The position numbers and the translations under genes are program-made. Shown here piece after piece: positions 51,481 through 64,000 of a stretch of DNA of 64,000 bases; within the stretch, counting starts at the first letter, position 1, and the number at the start of each line of letters is the position of its first letter. The notes below the pieces were generated by a model. It made no database searches and had not been told where the DNA came from. It saw only the letters and a program-made list of their open reading frames with translations. The DNA comes from Octopus sinensis (Eukaryota): assembly GCF_006345805.1 (NCBI RefSeq), contig NC_042999.1:125364001-125428000 (forward strand), read 5' to 3'.

Positions 51481-53495
51481 TGGATGTGTAATGTCAGTGT
51501 TCATAATCGTCAGAGTGTAAGTTCCTTGAGAGAAAAGCTGAACCTAAGAAGCGTCAGTTGTGGCGTGCAAGAGAGACGGCTGCGCTGGTATGGTCATGTG
51601 ACAAGAAAGGCTGAAGATAGTTGTGTGCAAAAGTGCTACACCCTAGCAGTGGAGGGAACCTGTGGAAGAGGTAGACCCAGGAAAACCTGGGACGAGGTGG
51701 TGAAGCACGACCTTCGAACTTTAGGTCTCACTAAGGAAATGTCTAGAGACCGAGACCTATGGAAGTATGCTGTGCATGAGAAGACCCGGCAAGACTAGTC
51801 AGGCCATAACCCGTGGCCCCGACCTGGGACGTAGTCAGTCCTGTGCATACCTTCCTTCTTGTGACACTTATGAAGACCTGTTGAGGCAAGTGAAATCAAA
51901 TCAAATCAAAACAAATCAAAATAGATGAACATCAGTGGAATTGTATTCTTTGTGGTACCAGTGCCGGTGGCACACAAGAAAACCACCCAAACGTGGCCGT
52001 AACCAGTACCGCATCGACTGGCCTCCGTGCTGTGGGCACAACAAACACCATCCGATCGTGGCCGTTCGCCAGCCTCATCTGGCACCTGTGCCGGTGGCAC
52101 ATAAAGACACCATCCGAAGACCCGGCGACGTAGTCAGTCCACCTGTGCATACCTTCCCTCTTATGACACTTGTGAAGACCTGTTGAGGCAAGTGTGTGAC
52201 ACTTGTGAAGACCTGTTGAGGCAAGTGAAAATCAAACCAAATCAAAATAGATGAATATCAATGGAATTTGTATCTTTGTGGTTCCAGTACCGGTGGCACA
52301 CAAGAAAACCATCCGAAGTGGCCGTAGCTGGTACCGCATCGACTGGCCTCCGTGCTGTGGGCACAACAAACACCATCTGATCGTGGCCGTTCGCCAGCCT
52401 CACCTGGCACCTGTGTCGGTGGCACATAAAGACACCATCCGAAGACCCGGCGACGTAGTCAGTCCACCTGTGCATACCTTCCCTCTTATGACACTTGTGA
52501 AGACCTGTTGAGGCAGAGGCAAGTGTGTGACACTTGTGAAGACCTGTTGAGGCAGAGGCAAGTGTGTGACACTTGTGGAGACCTGTTGAGGCAAGTGTGT
52601 GACACGCGTGACACTTGTGAAGACCTGTTGAGGCAAGTGAAAATCAAACCAAATCAAAATAGATGAACATCAATGGAATTTGTATCTTTGTGGTTCCAGT
52701 ACCGGTGGCACACAAGAAAAAACCATCCGATCGTGGCCGTTCGCCAGCCACATCTGGCACCTGTGTCGGTGGCACATAAAGACACCATCCGAAGACCCGG
52801 CGACGTAGACAGTCCACCTGTGCATACCTTCCTTCTTGTGACACTTGTGAAGACCTGTTGAGGCAAGTGACACTTGTGAAGACCTGTTGAGGCAAGTGAA
52901 AATCAAATCAAATCAAAACAAATCAAAATAGATGAACATAAATGGAATTTGTATCTTTGTGGTACCAGTGCCGGTGGCACACAAGAAAATCATCCGAACG
53001 TGGCCGTAGCCAGTACCGCATAGACTGGCCTCCGTGCTTTGGGGACGTAACAAACACCATCCGATCGTGGCTGTCCGCCAGCCTCATCTGGCACCTGTGT
53101 CGGTGGCACATAAAAACACCATCCGAGCGTGGCCGTCTGCCAGCCTCGTCTGGCACCTGCCAGCCTCATCTGGCACCTGTGTCGGTGGCACATAAAAACA
53201 CCATCCGAGCGTGGCCGTCTGCCAGCCTCGTCTGGCACCTGTGTCGGTGGCACATAAAAACACCATCCGAGCGTGGCCGTTCGCCAGCCTCGTCTGGCAC
53301 CTGTGTCGGTGGCACATAAAATCACCCACTACACTCTCGGAGTGGTTGGCGTTAGGAAGGGCATCCAGCTGTAGAAACACTGCCAGATCTGACTGGCCTG
53401 GTGCAGCCTTCGGGCTCCCCAGACCCCAGTTGAACCGTCCAACCCATGCTAGCATGGAAAACGGACGCTAAATGATGATGATGATGATGATGATG
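51481..53495 (+). mobile_element. 5'-truncated RTE-clade LINE with a tandemly amplified 3' UTR and (TGA)n tail
   Basis: WMCNVS..RRLRWYGHV..GRGRPRKTW..DRDLWK, stop at 51798; then hierarchical tandem repeats and the tail ..catggaaaacggacgctaaa(tga)n. Confidence 0.88.
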
Positions 53496-53596
53496 AAAAA
53501 TATTAAGCTAAGTTAGCTGCATGATTATTAAGTCATTGATATATCTGTCTTTGTATGAAGTGATTAGTGGCTTCACAAAAATCATAACATGAAGAT

Positions 53597-53886
53597 ATCC
53601 GAGCGTGGCCGTCTGCCAGCCTCGTCTGGCACCTGTGTCGGTGGCACATAAAAACACCATCCGAGCGTGGCCGTTCGCCAGCCTCGTCTGGCACCTGTGT
53701 CGGTGGCACATAAAATCACCCACTACACTCTCGGAGTGGTTGGCGTTAGGAAGGGCATCCAGCTGTAGAAACACTGCCAGATCTGACTGGCCTGGTGCAG
53801 CCTTCGGGCTCCCCAGACCCCAGTTGAACCGTCCAACCCATGCTAGCATGGAAAACGGACGCTAAATGATGATGATGATGATGATG
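53597..53886 (+). repeat. Direct copy of the terminal ~290 bp of the RTE element
   Basis: Matches 53203-53495 at an offset of 394 bp; the ORF track gives identical 86-aa translations at 53211 and 53605. Confidence 0.92.
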
Positions 53887-54539
53887 AAGTGATCCCAGTA
53901 TCCTTTCTTTAAAGCCTGGTACTTATTCTATCGGCCTCTTTTGCCTAACTGATAAGTTACGGGGATATAAACACACCAACACCTGTTGTCATATGATAGG
54001 CCGCTTTCAGTTTTCATCTACCAAATCTATACAGTAGGCTTTGGTCGTCCTGGGGCTATAATAGAAGACACTTACCCTAGGTGCCATGCAATGGAACTGA
54101 ACCTGGAACTATGTGGTTACGAAGCAAGCTTCTTACTACACAGCTGGTCTTTTTTTTTTTTAGAGGGCAATTTAGCTGCTTTTTGTAGCAGGTTTGGAGA
54201 CATGACATGTCAGTCAGTAAAAAATAAAAAAAACACTTGTTGCTGAACATTTGGCAAGTGACATACCCTCTTAGTTATCGTATTTCTGCTGTGAACTGCC
54301 AATCACCAGCATGGAGAATGAATTTGCTGGTTGGGCTACGATAATCCTTCATACTGCCCCACCACTAAGTGATTGTAAGTTTGTTTTTATTTTTTATTTC
54401 TTCCCTCACCCTGGTTTGGACTGAAGGAAGGAGTTTATTATCATGTCCCGAAAGCGCAGTGGAATCGACTCACTCAGTGGTCTTCTTGAATAACTTGTCA
54501 GTTGTAACAAAAACATGAACCGAGAAAGAATTCCAGACA

Positions 54540-55130
54540 ATTGATGTTCAGAAGGGAGGATGGAGCATAGTACACAAACTCAGTGGGGAGGAACATAATA
54601 TGGGTGACGAGAAAAGAGACATGTGAACCAAAAATGCCTGGGTAGAGGTAGCATTAAGTGCAGCAGTCACTATAGTGTTAGAAAAGGCAAAGGACGTCTA
54701 TAGGTCAGAGGCTGATGTTGTCTGGCTACTTGATAACAATCAGTCTGGCCATCTTTTTTGGATGCAGTCTAGGATGTCTGGATGTAAAGCAGCAGGACCA
54801 TCCTAGATATGGATGCAGTATTCTATTGCTGTTCTCACTGTGCTCCATACAGTGTTTGTAGTTGCTAAGAGCTGATATTTCCTGGTCCTAAACAGGAAGT
54901 CTTGTCTTGGTTATGTTGAGTGTGTGTATGTTTGTCAGTAAAGATCTTCAGTGAAAGTAAGGCCTAGCATGTTCTTGTTGCATGTTGTTCATGTATGGAG
55001 TTGATGGGATACTATATTATTTTCATGACATGTGTAGTGATTGTATCTTTGTGCATTTGAAAGAGACACGTCTAACATAACACTGTTGGAAGAGAGCTAT
55101 CTGTACAAATTGATCTGGTTGGTCTACTGA
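54540..55130 (-). mobile_element. Degenerate CR1/Jockey-group LINE fragment
   Basis: Minus strand reads VRTAIEYCIHI*DGPAALHPDILDCIQKR, related to the 8680-9200 fragment. Confidence 0.6.
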
Positions 55131-55238
55131 ATAAGCCAATTGCAATTATTATCCTATTTGAAAAACTTGATCTCATTCATTATCTATTGTCTTTGTGTTG
55201 TGTTTGTTCAATTTGTTATTAATTTGAATCACTGCCAG

Positions 55239-55385
55239 GTCACCAGTCCAACTCAGTGGAAAATAAAGAATGCAACAATGAAGAGAAACAAACTAAAACA
55301 ACAAATGGTGCAGCGACAAAAAGGAAAGCCACACACTCATCTGCAGATGAAGTGTCTGCAACTGCAGCTAAACAAAGACAATCAA
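55239..55385 (+). CDS. ILKAP: ILKAP coding exon 2 (low-complexity N-terminal region with KRK basic patch)
   Basis: cag|GT CAC.. HQSNSVENKECNNEEKQ..TKRKATHSSADEVSATAAKQRQS A|gtatgt; phase 1 to 1 fits both neighbours. Confidence 0.75.
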
Positions 55386-56997
55386 GTATGTCATTGTAAT
55401 AATAATAATAATAATAATAATAATTTATTAGATAGGTGCAATGCTACAAATTTAGCAGGAGGCATACTGTTAACTGATTAAGTTTGATTCCAATATTTTA
55501 CTGATATTTTATTTAAAAATTAAAGATTAGAAAGCAAAGTTGATCTTGGTTGGATTTGAACTCTCAACATAAAGGATCTTAACTAGATACTATAAGGCAT
55601 TTTGAACAGCATTCTACTGATTCTGTCACTTTGTAATTAATGATATTGCCCAATATTACTGTATTTCAATGTATATTATATATACTCTAAGCTACTTAAC
55701 AATGCTGCATTCTCAGAGATCATGTATTTTAATTTTATGTTCATTTTGAACAGCCTAACTCTTACCTTTCATTCTTTTAACTCATTTTTGCAATTCCTTA
55801 CCCAGTTAATATGTCCTGTACATTAGTATTCTCATAAATGGACTATGTGAGTACTATGAAAGTAACAGACTATTGACTCATAGAAATTGAGAATTCAAAT
55901 CCACTACTAATATTTCAATAAACAGCACATGTCATTCTGCTGGTTTCAATAATCCTAGTTTTTAGTAATAGTTATAAAATTACCTGAACATATTCTTACA
56001 ATAGACTGGCATGCTACTTAAAGTAAGATTTATCCTTTCATGCACTCTTTATTGAAGAAACACGATTGAACTTAAAAGATGCCCTGGAAATATGTATATT
56101 TTAAAATACCCTCCTGCCTCCTTCTGGCTATTCCCTACTAAAAACCTCATAATTCTTCTTTGTCTTCTGTTGATATTTTCCAGTTTTAATATTCTTCAGT
56201 TTAGATTTGCTAAAAATTTATTGTTTTCAGTAATTTCCTGAAAATCATATATATAGTCAATATAACCTAACAAATACATGTTCTTTAAAATTTCAGCTTT
56301 TAAGAAAACTTGCTGTCTTTTGAAGTTAAAGATTGTAAACTATATACTAATTATAGTGTTTACTACTGGATTACCTGAGAGTTAGGAAATGCTATTTCAC
56401 TCTCCTATTAAAATTATATCACTCTTATTCTCTAGTTGCATTGCTAACATTCCAGATTCCTTCTAAGTCTAACACGTAAGGGATTTTTCTTGCTTTAAAT
56501 TTTTCTTGCAGTGAACATCAGCTTAGATTGAGTGTCTTCTGTTATAGCCTTGTGTTGACCAAGGCTTGATGAGTGAAATTTAGTAAACAGAAATTGTCAA
56601 ATACAGGAAGTCTTCCTGTATTTGGGTAGAAAAAGAGGAACACTCTCTTAGTACTACCTTCTGTGGTTCTTCTATGCCTCTATCAGAGTACACTCTGTTG
56701 CAGATATTTAGACTATATGTCTGAGCATATACTTTTCCCACCAGTCTTGGTGGCATTGAAAAGGCATGTGAGCACTACCATTGCTCCTCTGACTAAACAA
56801 TTAGAATTCTTATTAGGTGTCTCTCAACTCCGTCTCTGTTTTGTAGCCCCAGATCAATTTTGATTAAACAAACTGCTTAACTACCTTCTTTACAGGAATA
56901 AGTACTAGGAAAAGTAAATAATATATTAGTTACAGTTGGTCATCCATTCCATCCATCCATCTGTTTTATTTATCACTTTTCATCTTTGTCATTTCAG

Positions 56998-57115
56998 TTA
57001 ATTATTATTTAAAAGGTTATGTAAGAGAAATGAAAGGAGAAAGAGATGAAATGCAAGATGCACATATTGTACTTGACGGTTTTGCTACTGAGTTTGATGA
57101 TCTACATCCATCTGT
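56998..57115 (+). CDS. ILKAP: ILKAP coding exon 3
   Basis: YLKGYVREMKGERDEMQDAHIVL (PP2C RxxMQD motif), similar to human LKGYVAERKGEREEMQDAHVIL. Confidence 0.95.
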
Positions 57116-57309
57116 GTAAGTTTAATTCTCTCTTCTTAAAATTATTGAAATATACATGTAAAATAATTGGATAGCAGATGATACAACCAAAATATTTTCT
57201 GAACATTACATCTTTATATTTGATATATAAACATATTTAACTACTGTAATCTGTCTTTTAGTCAAATAGGATTTACATAAATATCAATGCAAATAATCCA
57301 AATATTCTA

Positions 57310-58235
57310 TAACATCTAAGAAAAGAAATTCAAAATGTGGAAAAAACACCTGAATTAGAGGATCTTAAAATTAACTCAGCAAACACCAAGGTTCTAGTAA
57401 GCAAGAAATAAGACAAGACTCTACCTCCTTCAGGTAACTGGCCCTGCTCAATATGTAAGAAAGGTGTAGGTGGAAATTTCATTTGGTGTACCCAGTGCAA
57501 GCTATGGACACACAAGAGGTGCAGTGGAATAGTAGGAAGGTTAACAGAGAGAGTCATGTTTGTGTGTGGAAGATATACAAGAATCATAGACTACAGATAC
57601 ATGGGAAACTGATTTCTTCAAATGTCCCAGAGGCTCTCTGAAAGTAACAGATAATTTCTGCTACCTAGGTGGCCTAATTAATAGAGGATGAGATGTACCA
57701 AAAATGTAATTGCTAGAATAAGAATAGGATGGAGAAAGTTCAGAGAGCTTTTTATTTCTGTTGGCAAACAAAGGTCGGTCTCTCTCTCTCTCTCTCTCTT
57801 TGAGTGAAAGGAAGGGTGTATGATGCATGTATATGAATAGCAATGCTACTTGGTAGTGAGATGTGGGCGTGAATGCAGAGGACATGTGAAAACTAGAGTG
57901 GAATGAAGCTGGTATGCTCCACTGGATGTGCAATGTCGGTGTACATATGTGATAGAGTGCAATCGTATGGAGATTGTTTTGATTTCATCATGTAATGTGT
58001 ATGGATGATGACAGTTGCATAAAGAAGTGCTTATCACATAAAGTAGTTGGATGTTGTGGAAGAGGGAGACCCAGTAAGATATGATGAAATATAGAGGGCC
58101 ATTCTCAAAATCCTATGTCTTACAAAAGAGGTGACAAAGAACTGAGATATATGACACATTGCTGTTCTCAGAAGACCCACCCACCCACATAAAAAGCACT
58201 GGTGCTGGTGCCACATAAAAAGCACTGGTGTATAT
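57310..58235 (+). mobile_element. Degenerate RTE-clade LINE fragment (smaller piece also near 50290-50400)
   Basis: WPCSICKKGVGGNFIWCTQCKLWTHKRCSG zinc-finger-like segment, FCYLG, RIRIGWRKFREL, MLHWMCNV. Confidence 0.75.
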
Positions 58236-58258
58236 ATATATATATATATATATACTCT

Positions 58259-58303
<45 letters not shown>

Positions 58304-58364
58304 TCTCACACACACACACACATTATATATATATATATATATACTCTCTCACACACACACTTAT

Positions 58365-58398
<34 letters not shown>

Positions 58399-59640
58399 CA
58401 CATACATACACACACACACAACAGACCTCTTTCAGTTTCCGTCAACCAAATCCACTCATAAAACTTTGGTCAGCCCAAGGCTATAAAAGAAAACACTTGT
58501 CCAGAATGTTTCAGTGGGAGTGAACTTAGACCATACAGTCAAGATGCCTGCACCTAGCCAATGATCTTGAGAAATGGCAACTGGATCTACTCAACCTTAA
58601 AATACTAAATTTCTAGTTTTTGAAAAGCATCATAAAAACATATAAATAATGATTTAATGGTTGGTGGATTGGTAGAATTGTGGACAAAATATCTTGCTAT
58701 CTTTAGTTATGACTCTTTATTTCTAAGTTCAAATTCACAAAGATCATCTTTGTCTTTCACCTCACTGACCTTGATAAAATAAGTACCAGTTAAATACTGA
58801 TATGAATATAATCAACTTCTGCTTAATTTCAGACCTTTTGACTCTTTGAGAAATCAATGTTACCTTATTTTTTATCTGTCACTTGTTTCAGGCATTTGAC
58901 TGCAGTCATCCTAGGACAGCACCTTGAAGGGTTTTAGTCAAACAAATTGACCCCACAACTTATTTTTTTAAGCCTGGTACTTATCCGATCAGTCTCTTTT
59001 GCTGAACTGCTAAGTTTCAGGGATGTAAACATACCAACACCAGTTATGGGGAGACAAACACAGACACAAAGACACACACATATAGATATATATATACACA
59101 CAATGAGCTTTTTTCAGTTTCCATCCGCCAAATCCACTCACAAGGCTTGTTGTGGAAGGATCTTGACCACCCACCACATGACTGAAAGTGGACTAATGTA
59201 TTTCAATAAATTAAAGAAACTGTGTGAACTGTCAGCAGTTGACAGCATTGATCGTCCGTGTTGGATTACTGTGTTAGTTTAATATTGTAACTGTGTTTGG
59301 AGTAGTACGAAATGCGTTCTGTGTAAACATATTAATTCATATTCAAATATTTATTTAGGTAATACTATTCTTACACACATGTTCAACCACGTCATAACAA
59401 GGCTATAGTAGAATACATTGGCCCAAGGTGCCACACAGTGGGACTGAACCAGAAACCATGTGGTTGAGAAACAAGCTTAACTTTTAAGAATTTAATTCTG
59501 TGTCCACCTGGGGAAAGAAAATCTAGAATTTAGATAAAATCTTCCTCATAAGTAAAATATATTTACTTTTATAAATAATTTTATCTCTTGCCTTTGTATA
59601 TTTACAGTTCATTTTTTTTTTTTTAATCTTTTTCTTTTAG

Positions 59641-59747
59641 TTGCAGACTGGCAGTGTATGGTGTGTTTGATGGCCATGGTGGATCCCGAGCCGCATGCTT
59701 TGCCTCCAAACACTTATACAAGAATCTGAGAACAGTTTTTCCCAAGG
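59641..59747 (+). CDS. ILKAP: ILKAP coding exon 4
   Basis: CRLAVYGVFDGHGGSRAACFASKHLYKNLRTVFPKG (PP2C DGHGG motif). Confidence 0.96.
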
Positions 59748-60400
59748 GTAATATACTGCCCATCAGGCTGCTGCAAACCACTGCTACTTTGGAACAAAAC
59801 AATCTTTCAATCTTTTCCCATTTTCATGTCCAGCTTTTATTTAAAAATAACTTTTTTTAAAAATATAAAAAAATGAAACGTTTAAAAAAAAATGTTAGCT
59901 TTATAATTATTTTATTGTTCATTATCCATGATTGGGAAGAAACTTGTCAAATAGCAAGATCTTCTGATACTTCGGGTTGTTGAGTTCAACATTTTGGTAA
60001 TGTAATTATTCGGAATATTATTTCCAATTTATTAAATTCTCTCTGTTTAACATACCATTCTAGTTTGCCAACATTAATGCTACATTCATCTTTTATTAAT
60101 AGCTTTAGTCTAATAGAAGTGATGATATCACCTGGAGATCTATTTATTCTTTAACTATATCCTGAAAATGAAACCTCTACATGGTATTTATCTTGTACAG
60201 CTGCAATAAACATACAATTTTCTCATATTTCTTAAGCATGTGACTATTATTTAACATTTGGTTAGTATTTTCTCCAAAAATTAAGTCCATCTAAATATTT
60301 AAAATAAACATTTATATTTATTGTACTTGATGTGCGTTACAAAAATACATACCCTTTATTGTTGCATCATGTATTTATTGCTGATGCGATATATTTTCAG

Positions 60401-60494
60401 GTGACATTAAACAAGTGGAAAAGGAAATTAAAAGATCTTTTATTGAAGCCTACAAACAGACAGACAGAGATTATCTGACAGTTGCTGCTAAAAA
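60401..60494 (+). CDS. ILKAP: ILKAP coding exon 5
   Basis: DIKQVEKEIKRSFIEAYKQTDRDYLTVAAK; cag/gtaat boundaries. Confidence 0.93.
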
Positions 60495-61257
60495 GTAATT
60501 TATTTCCATTACTTAATGATATTCTTTAGTTCTCCTTTGTGTTTAGATGTTTGAAATATAACAGTTTTGTAAATTCTTTTGGTGAATTGTCTTAGAAAGT
60601 AATTCTCTGGAAGTTTCTTCCTCAGGCTTGATTTGCATGATGACTAGTCTAAGAGTTTCTCATTACAATTTTTTCATCATCATTTACCATCCATTTTCCA
60701 TGCTGGCATAAGTTGGATGGTTTGACAGGAGCTGGCAAACCAGACAACTGCATCAATCTCTACTGTCTGTCCTGGTATTGTTTTTACAGCTGGATTCCTT
60801 TCCAAACATCAACTACTTTACAGAATGGGCTGGGTGTTTTCCATGTGACAAGATCTATTTTGGTATGGTTTTTATGGCTAGATGCCCTCCCTAATGCCAA
60901 ACACTTTTCAGAGTGGACTGTTTCAATATGTTATTTGGTGTTCATTGGTTTTTTTTTTAAATTTTACTGTATTTTTTAGATTGTAATTCTTATAAATGCA
61001 CCAAGTTATATAGTGCATTTTAAGTGGGGTGGGGTTCCTTTTAGTTTATGCAACTTTTCACAACAAATATAATACTGCAGAAGTTTCTGTTCAATTTCTT
61101 ATTCATGTGTAAAATCAGGAATATACAGGGTGTCCATAAATTATCTTTATCACTTCCACAATTTAGTGTGACATTGGTTGCTTGCAACCAAGAGCCCACA
61201 TGGAAGAGTTCTAGTATTTCTAATAAAACTTTTGTTTGCCTGTTTCTCAATGTGAAG

Positions 61258-61590
61258 GTGCATGGCTCAGTGGTTAGTGTTGGGTTCACAATCATGAGGT
61301 AGTGAGTTTGATTCCCAAACCAGATTGTGTGTTGTGTTCTTGAACAAGACAGTTTACTTCACATTGCTCCAGTTCACTCAGCTGTAGAAATGAGTTGTGA
61401 TGTCACTGGTGCCAAGCTAGATTGGCTTTACCAATATATTTGGATAACATCACTGGCATGGAGAGGGGAGGTTGGTATGCATGGACAACTGCTGGTTTTC
61501 TATAAACAGTCTTGCCCAGACTTGTGCCTAGGAAAGGAATTTTCTAGGTACAATCCATTCATGACTGAAGGGGGGTCTTTACCCTATGTT
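61258..61590 (+). mobile_element. tRNA-derived SINE, a third family
   Basis: tggctcagtggttag (A box), gagtttgattcc (B box), tgttcttgaacaagaca..cagttcactcagctgtagaaatgag body. Confidence 0.6.
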
Positions 61591-61751
61591 TTCCAATAAA
61601 CTCTGCTGAGTTATCCTTATTTTACTTTTTCCTTCTGAATCTTTCAAATGATAAAGGTAATTTATGGATACCCTGTATATTTTGTGGTTTTCCTTCTAAA
61701 ATCAAGCTTAATTTTTTTTATTTATATTCTTGTTTATTTTGTATTTTCTAG

Positions 61752-61839
61752 TAAACCAGCATGGAAAGATGGCTCCACTGCAACAGTTGTATTAGCAATA
61801 AATGATACCTTGTACATATCCAACTTAGGAGACAGCAAG
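61752..61839 (+). CDS. ILKAP: ILKAP coding exon 6
   Basis: KPAWKDGSTATVVLAINDTLYISNLGDSK, similar to human KPAWKDGSTATCVLAVDNILYIANLGDSR. Confidence 0.96.
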
Positions 61840-62082
61840 GTAAATTATTTTCAAACTCTCATCATCCTTTCATTTACATGACAGATTATTTTCAACCTCA
61901 GAAAATAGTTTTATTATAATTGAGGAAAATTAACCATTGTTAATTTAATTACAACAAAATGTTAAGTAAATTTATTTTGCTTTTACATTATACAATACAA
62001 TGTTGAATTCATTTTCTTTTACTTAATATTCTTGTGGGCCCTTTAAAAATATCATGAACTTGTATTTATATCTTACTTTCAG

Positions 62083-62204
62083 GCAATATTATGTCGATAC
62101 AAAGAAAATACTCAACAGTATGTAGCAGTACCACTAACTACTGAACACCACCCTACTGTTTATGAAGAAAGAATGCGAATTCAAAAGGCTGGAGGCCATG
62201 TTAA
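62083..62204 (+). CDS. ILKAP: ILKAP coding exon 7
   Basis: AILCRYKENTQQYVAVPLTTEHHPTVYEERMRIQKAGGHV(K). Confidence 0.96.
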
Positions 62205-62296
62205 GTAATATATCAGATTTAATCTGAAATATTTATTGGCAAACCCTCTTTTTATTACTTTTTTATTTTGTTAATGTTTCTTTTTATACTTTAAAG

Positions 62297-62416
62297 AGAT
62301 GGTCGTGTGATGGGTACTCTAGAGATCTCTCGCTCCCTAGGAGATGGACAATATAAGAATCATGGTGTCATCTGTGTACCTGATGTTAGGAAATGCCAGC
62401 TAACTGACAATGATCG
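62297..62416 (+). CDS. ILKAP: ILKAP coding exon 8 (later exons not found in this window)
   Basis: DGRVMGTLEISRSLGDGQYKNHGVICVPDVRKCQLTDND(R); follows a 92-nt intron with an AAG acceptor. Confidence 0.95.
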
Positions 62417-62538
62417 GTAAAAATACTCCATTTTCTTTTCTAAATTGCATTGAAAAATATTAAATAGGAGAGAAAATTAGAATTATATATTAGTAAGTAT
62501 TTTATAACTAATACAGTTCTATATTTGGGAGATGAGGA

Positions 62539-63120
62539 ATTATTTACATTTGACGGATATTTGTCCTCATCTTGTTTGTTGTGAACATGTTTCAGCTGAT
62601 ATACTCTCCAGCCTTCATTAGGTGTCTTGGAGGTATTTCAAACCTGGGTTCTTGTTCCTCAGGTATTTTTTGATGTTATTCTTTTCTACTCTAGGCACAA
62701 GGCCTGAATTTTTTTGGGGGGGGGGAGGGGCAATCAATTAGATAGACTCCAGTATGCAACTGGTACTTAATTTATCGACCCTGAAAGGATGAAAGATAAT
62801 GTTCACCTTGGCAGAGATTGAACTCAGAACATAAAGACAGACGAAACACTGGTAAGCATTTCGCCCAGCGTGCTAACATTTCAGCCAGCTCACCGCCTTT
62901 CACTCTCTGAAATCAAGCTCAATTCCAGGCAGTGACCTGAATAATAATGACGACGACGATGATGATGATGATGTCATCGTTGTCATCGAAAAATACCTTA
63001 GGAATGAGAACCAAGATTCAAAATTTCCCCAAGACACCTGACGAAGGCTGGAGAGTATATCAGCTGAAACATGTTAACAACAAACAAAATGAGGACAAAT
63101 ATCCGTCAAATGTAAATAAT
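62539..63120. repeat. Inverted pair (about 135-bp arms) of the hammerhead-SINE tail, enclosing a family A SINE
   Basis: 62539-62675 is the reverse complement of about 62984-63120; both arms carry gacac-ct(g/a)a(c/t)ga-aggctg..cagct-gaaacatgtt. Confidence 0.85.
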
Positions 63121-64000
63121 GTATTTTATAACTGTATATTTTTTTGGTTATTTTGTACAAGGTCACTTGACTGAAATAAATTAAATTGCCTAATGATATA
63201 ATAAAATTATGCATAGAAGAATTAGCAGCCAGAACTCCTATAAATTTTAAGACATACACATTGAGTGAAAAAAATATTAAGAACAGGCTTGTAAGGTTGA
63301 AACACTAATAGTTCAGTTCAATCAGGGCTGACCTGAGATTAAACATCAATAAATATATATATGTTATTTTGGTTTATAAAGATTTAAATTCAACCATTTG
63401 CTAATTTTTTTTCCATTTCATCTTCAACGTTAATGAGAAAATCGGTTTTACTTTTAGCAGAAGCAAGATATTACTAATTTCAATATCTTATCAGGGAAAA
63501 AAAAAAATCCAAAACAACATGGAATAATACTGGACACTTGCTGTTAAACTTAATGGAATGAATCTGTTAAAAGTATACATCAAGATTTTATTTCAATATA
63601 TAGTTAGTAGTCATTTTATGAAAAACACTGACCTGTTTATAAAATAATGAATCATATAAGAATGCAGTGAAATTCAGAAATTTATAATGCTGTAAGGGGG
63701 AGAGACTAATGTTTCAAGACACTTTTTGTCTGAGAAAAAACATTTTTTTTTCTTCTTAGTCTATCCAAAAACTTAAGATTTACTCTTAATTTCAATTTAA
63801 AGATAGATATCAAAGAATAGAAATTTAAACTTTATTCCAAGTTCGTCTAAATATTCCTTAAACAGAGAGATATTGAATGGGTTTACTAACTTACCTTTAT
63901 TTAATCATTCTTTTTTCTGACTTAGCTATTTCATCACTTCAGACACTCTTAAAGAAATTACATTTCTATGTCACATATCTTGTTTTATCATTTATATGAA

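Noticed and set aside
51828-53330. CRISPR-like array of ~30-bp hairpin repeats
   Set aside because: The intervening sequences are themselves repeated rather than unique spacers, there are no cas genes, and the array lies in a eukaryotic LINE 3' UTR
63926-63960. Candidate ILKAP exon 9 after cttag
   Set aside because: Would read YFITSDTLK, not the expected (F/Y)ILLACDGL motif; the true exon probably lies beyond the window

Overview
AT-rich, microsatellite- and TE-dense eukaryotic DNA, most likely from an octopus (inferred from the SINE families and repeat landscape). Two intron-containing housekeeping genes sit head-to-head around about 43.3-43.65 kb. CDK5RAP3/C53 is on the minus strand, with 14 coding exons traced by hand from ATG 39672 to TGA 21097 (1533 nt, 510 aa, all splice phases consistent). 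ILKAP (PP2C family) is on the plus strand, with 8 exons from ATG 43646; the gene runs off the window. Most of the rest is transposon-derived: a young 5'-truncated CR1-clade LINE with an intact RT frame, RTE and R4/Dong LINE remnants, two full-length dead mariners, Tc1, Helentron-like and TTAA-MITE elements, Penelope remnants, several tRNA-derived SINE families and a CpG-decayed tRNA-Asn pseudogene. The most unusual signal is a set of type I hammerhead ribozyme motifs of the Penelope type. One belongs to a tRNA-headed SINE-like family, one lies sense in the probable CDK5RAP3 5' intron, and three loci are fold-back inverted repeats. Also notable are locally templated insertions at retroelement junctions and a CpG-decay gradient that may record germline gene-body methylation. 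All calls were made by eye, without database searches, and TE boundaries are approximate.
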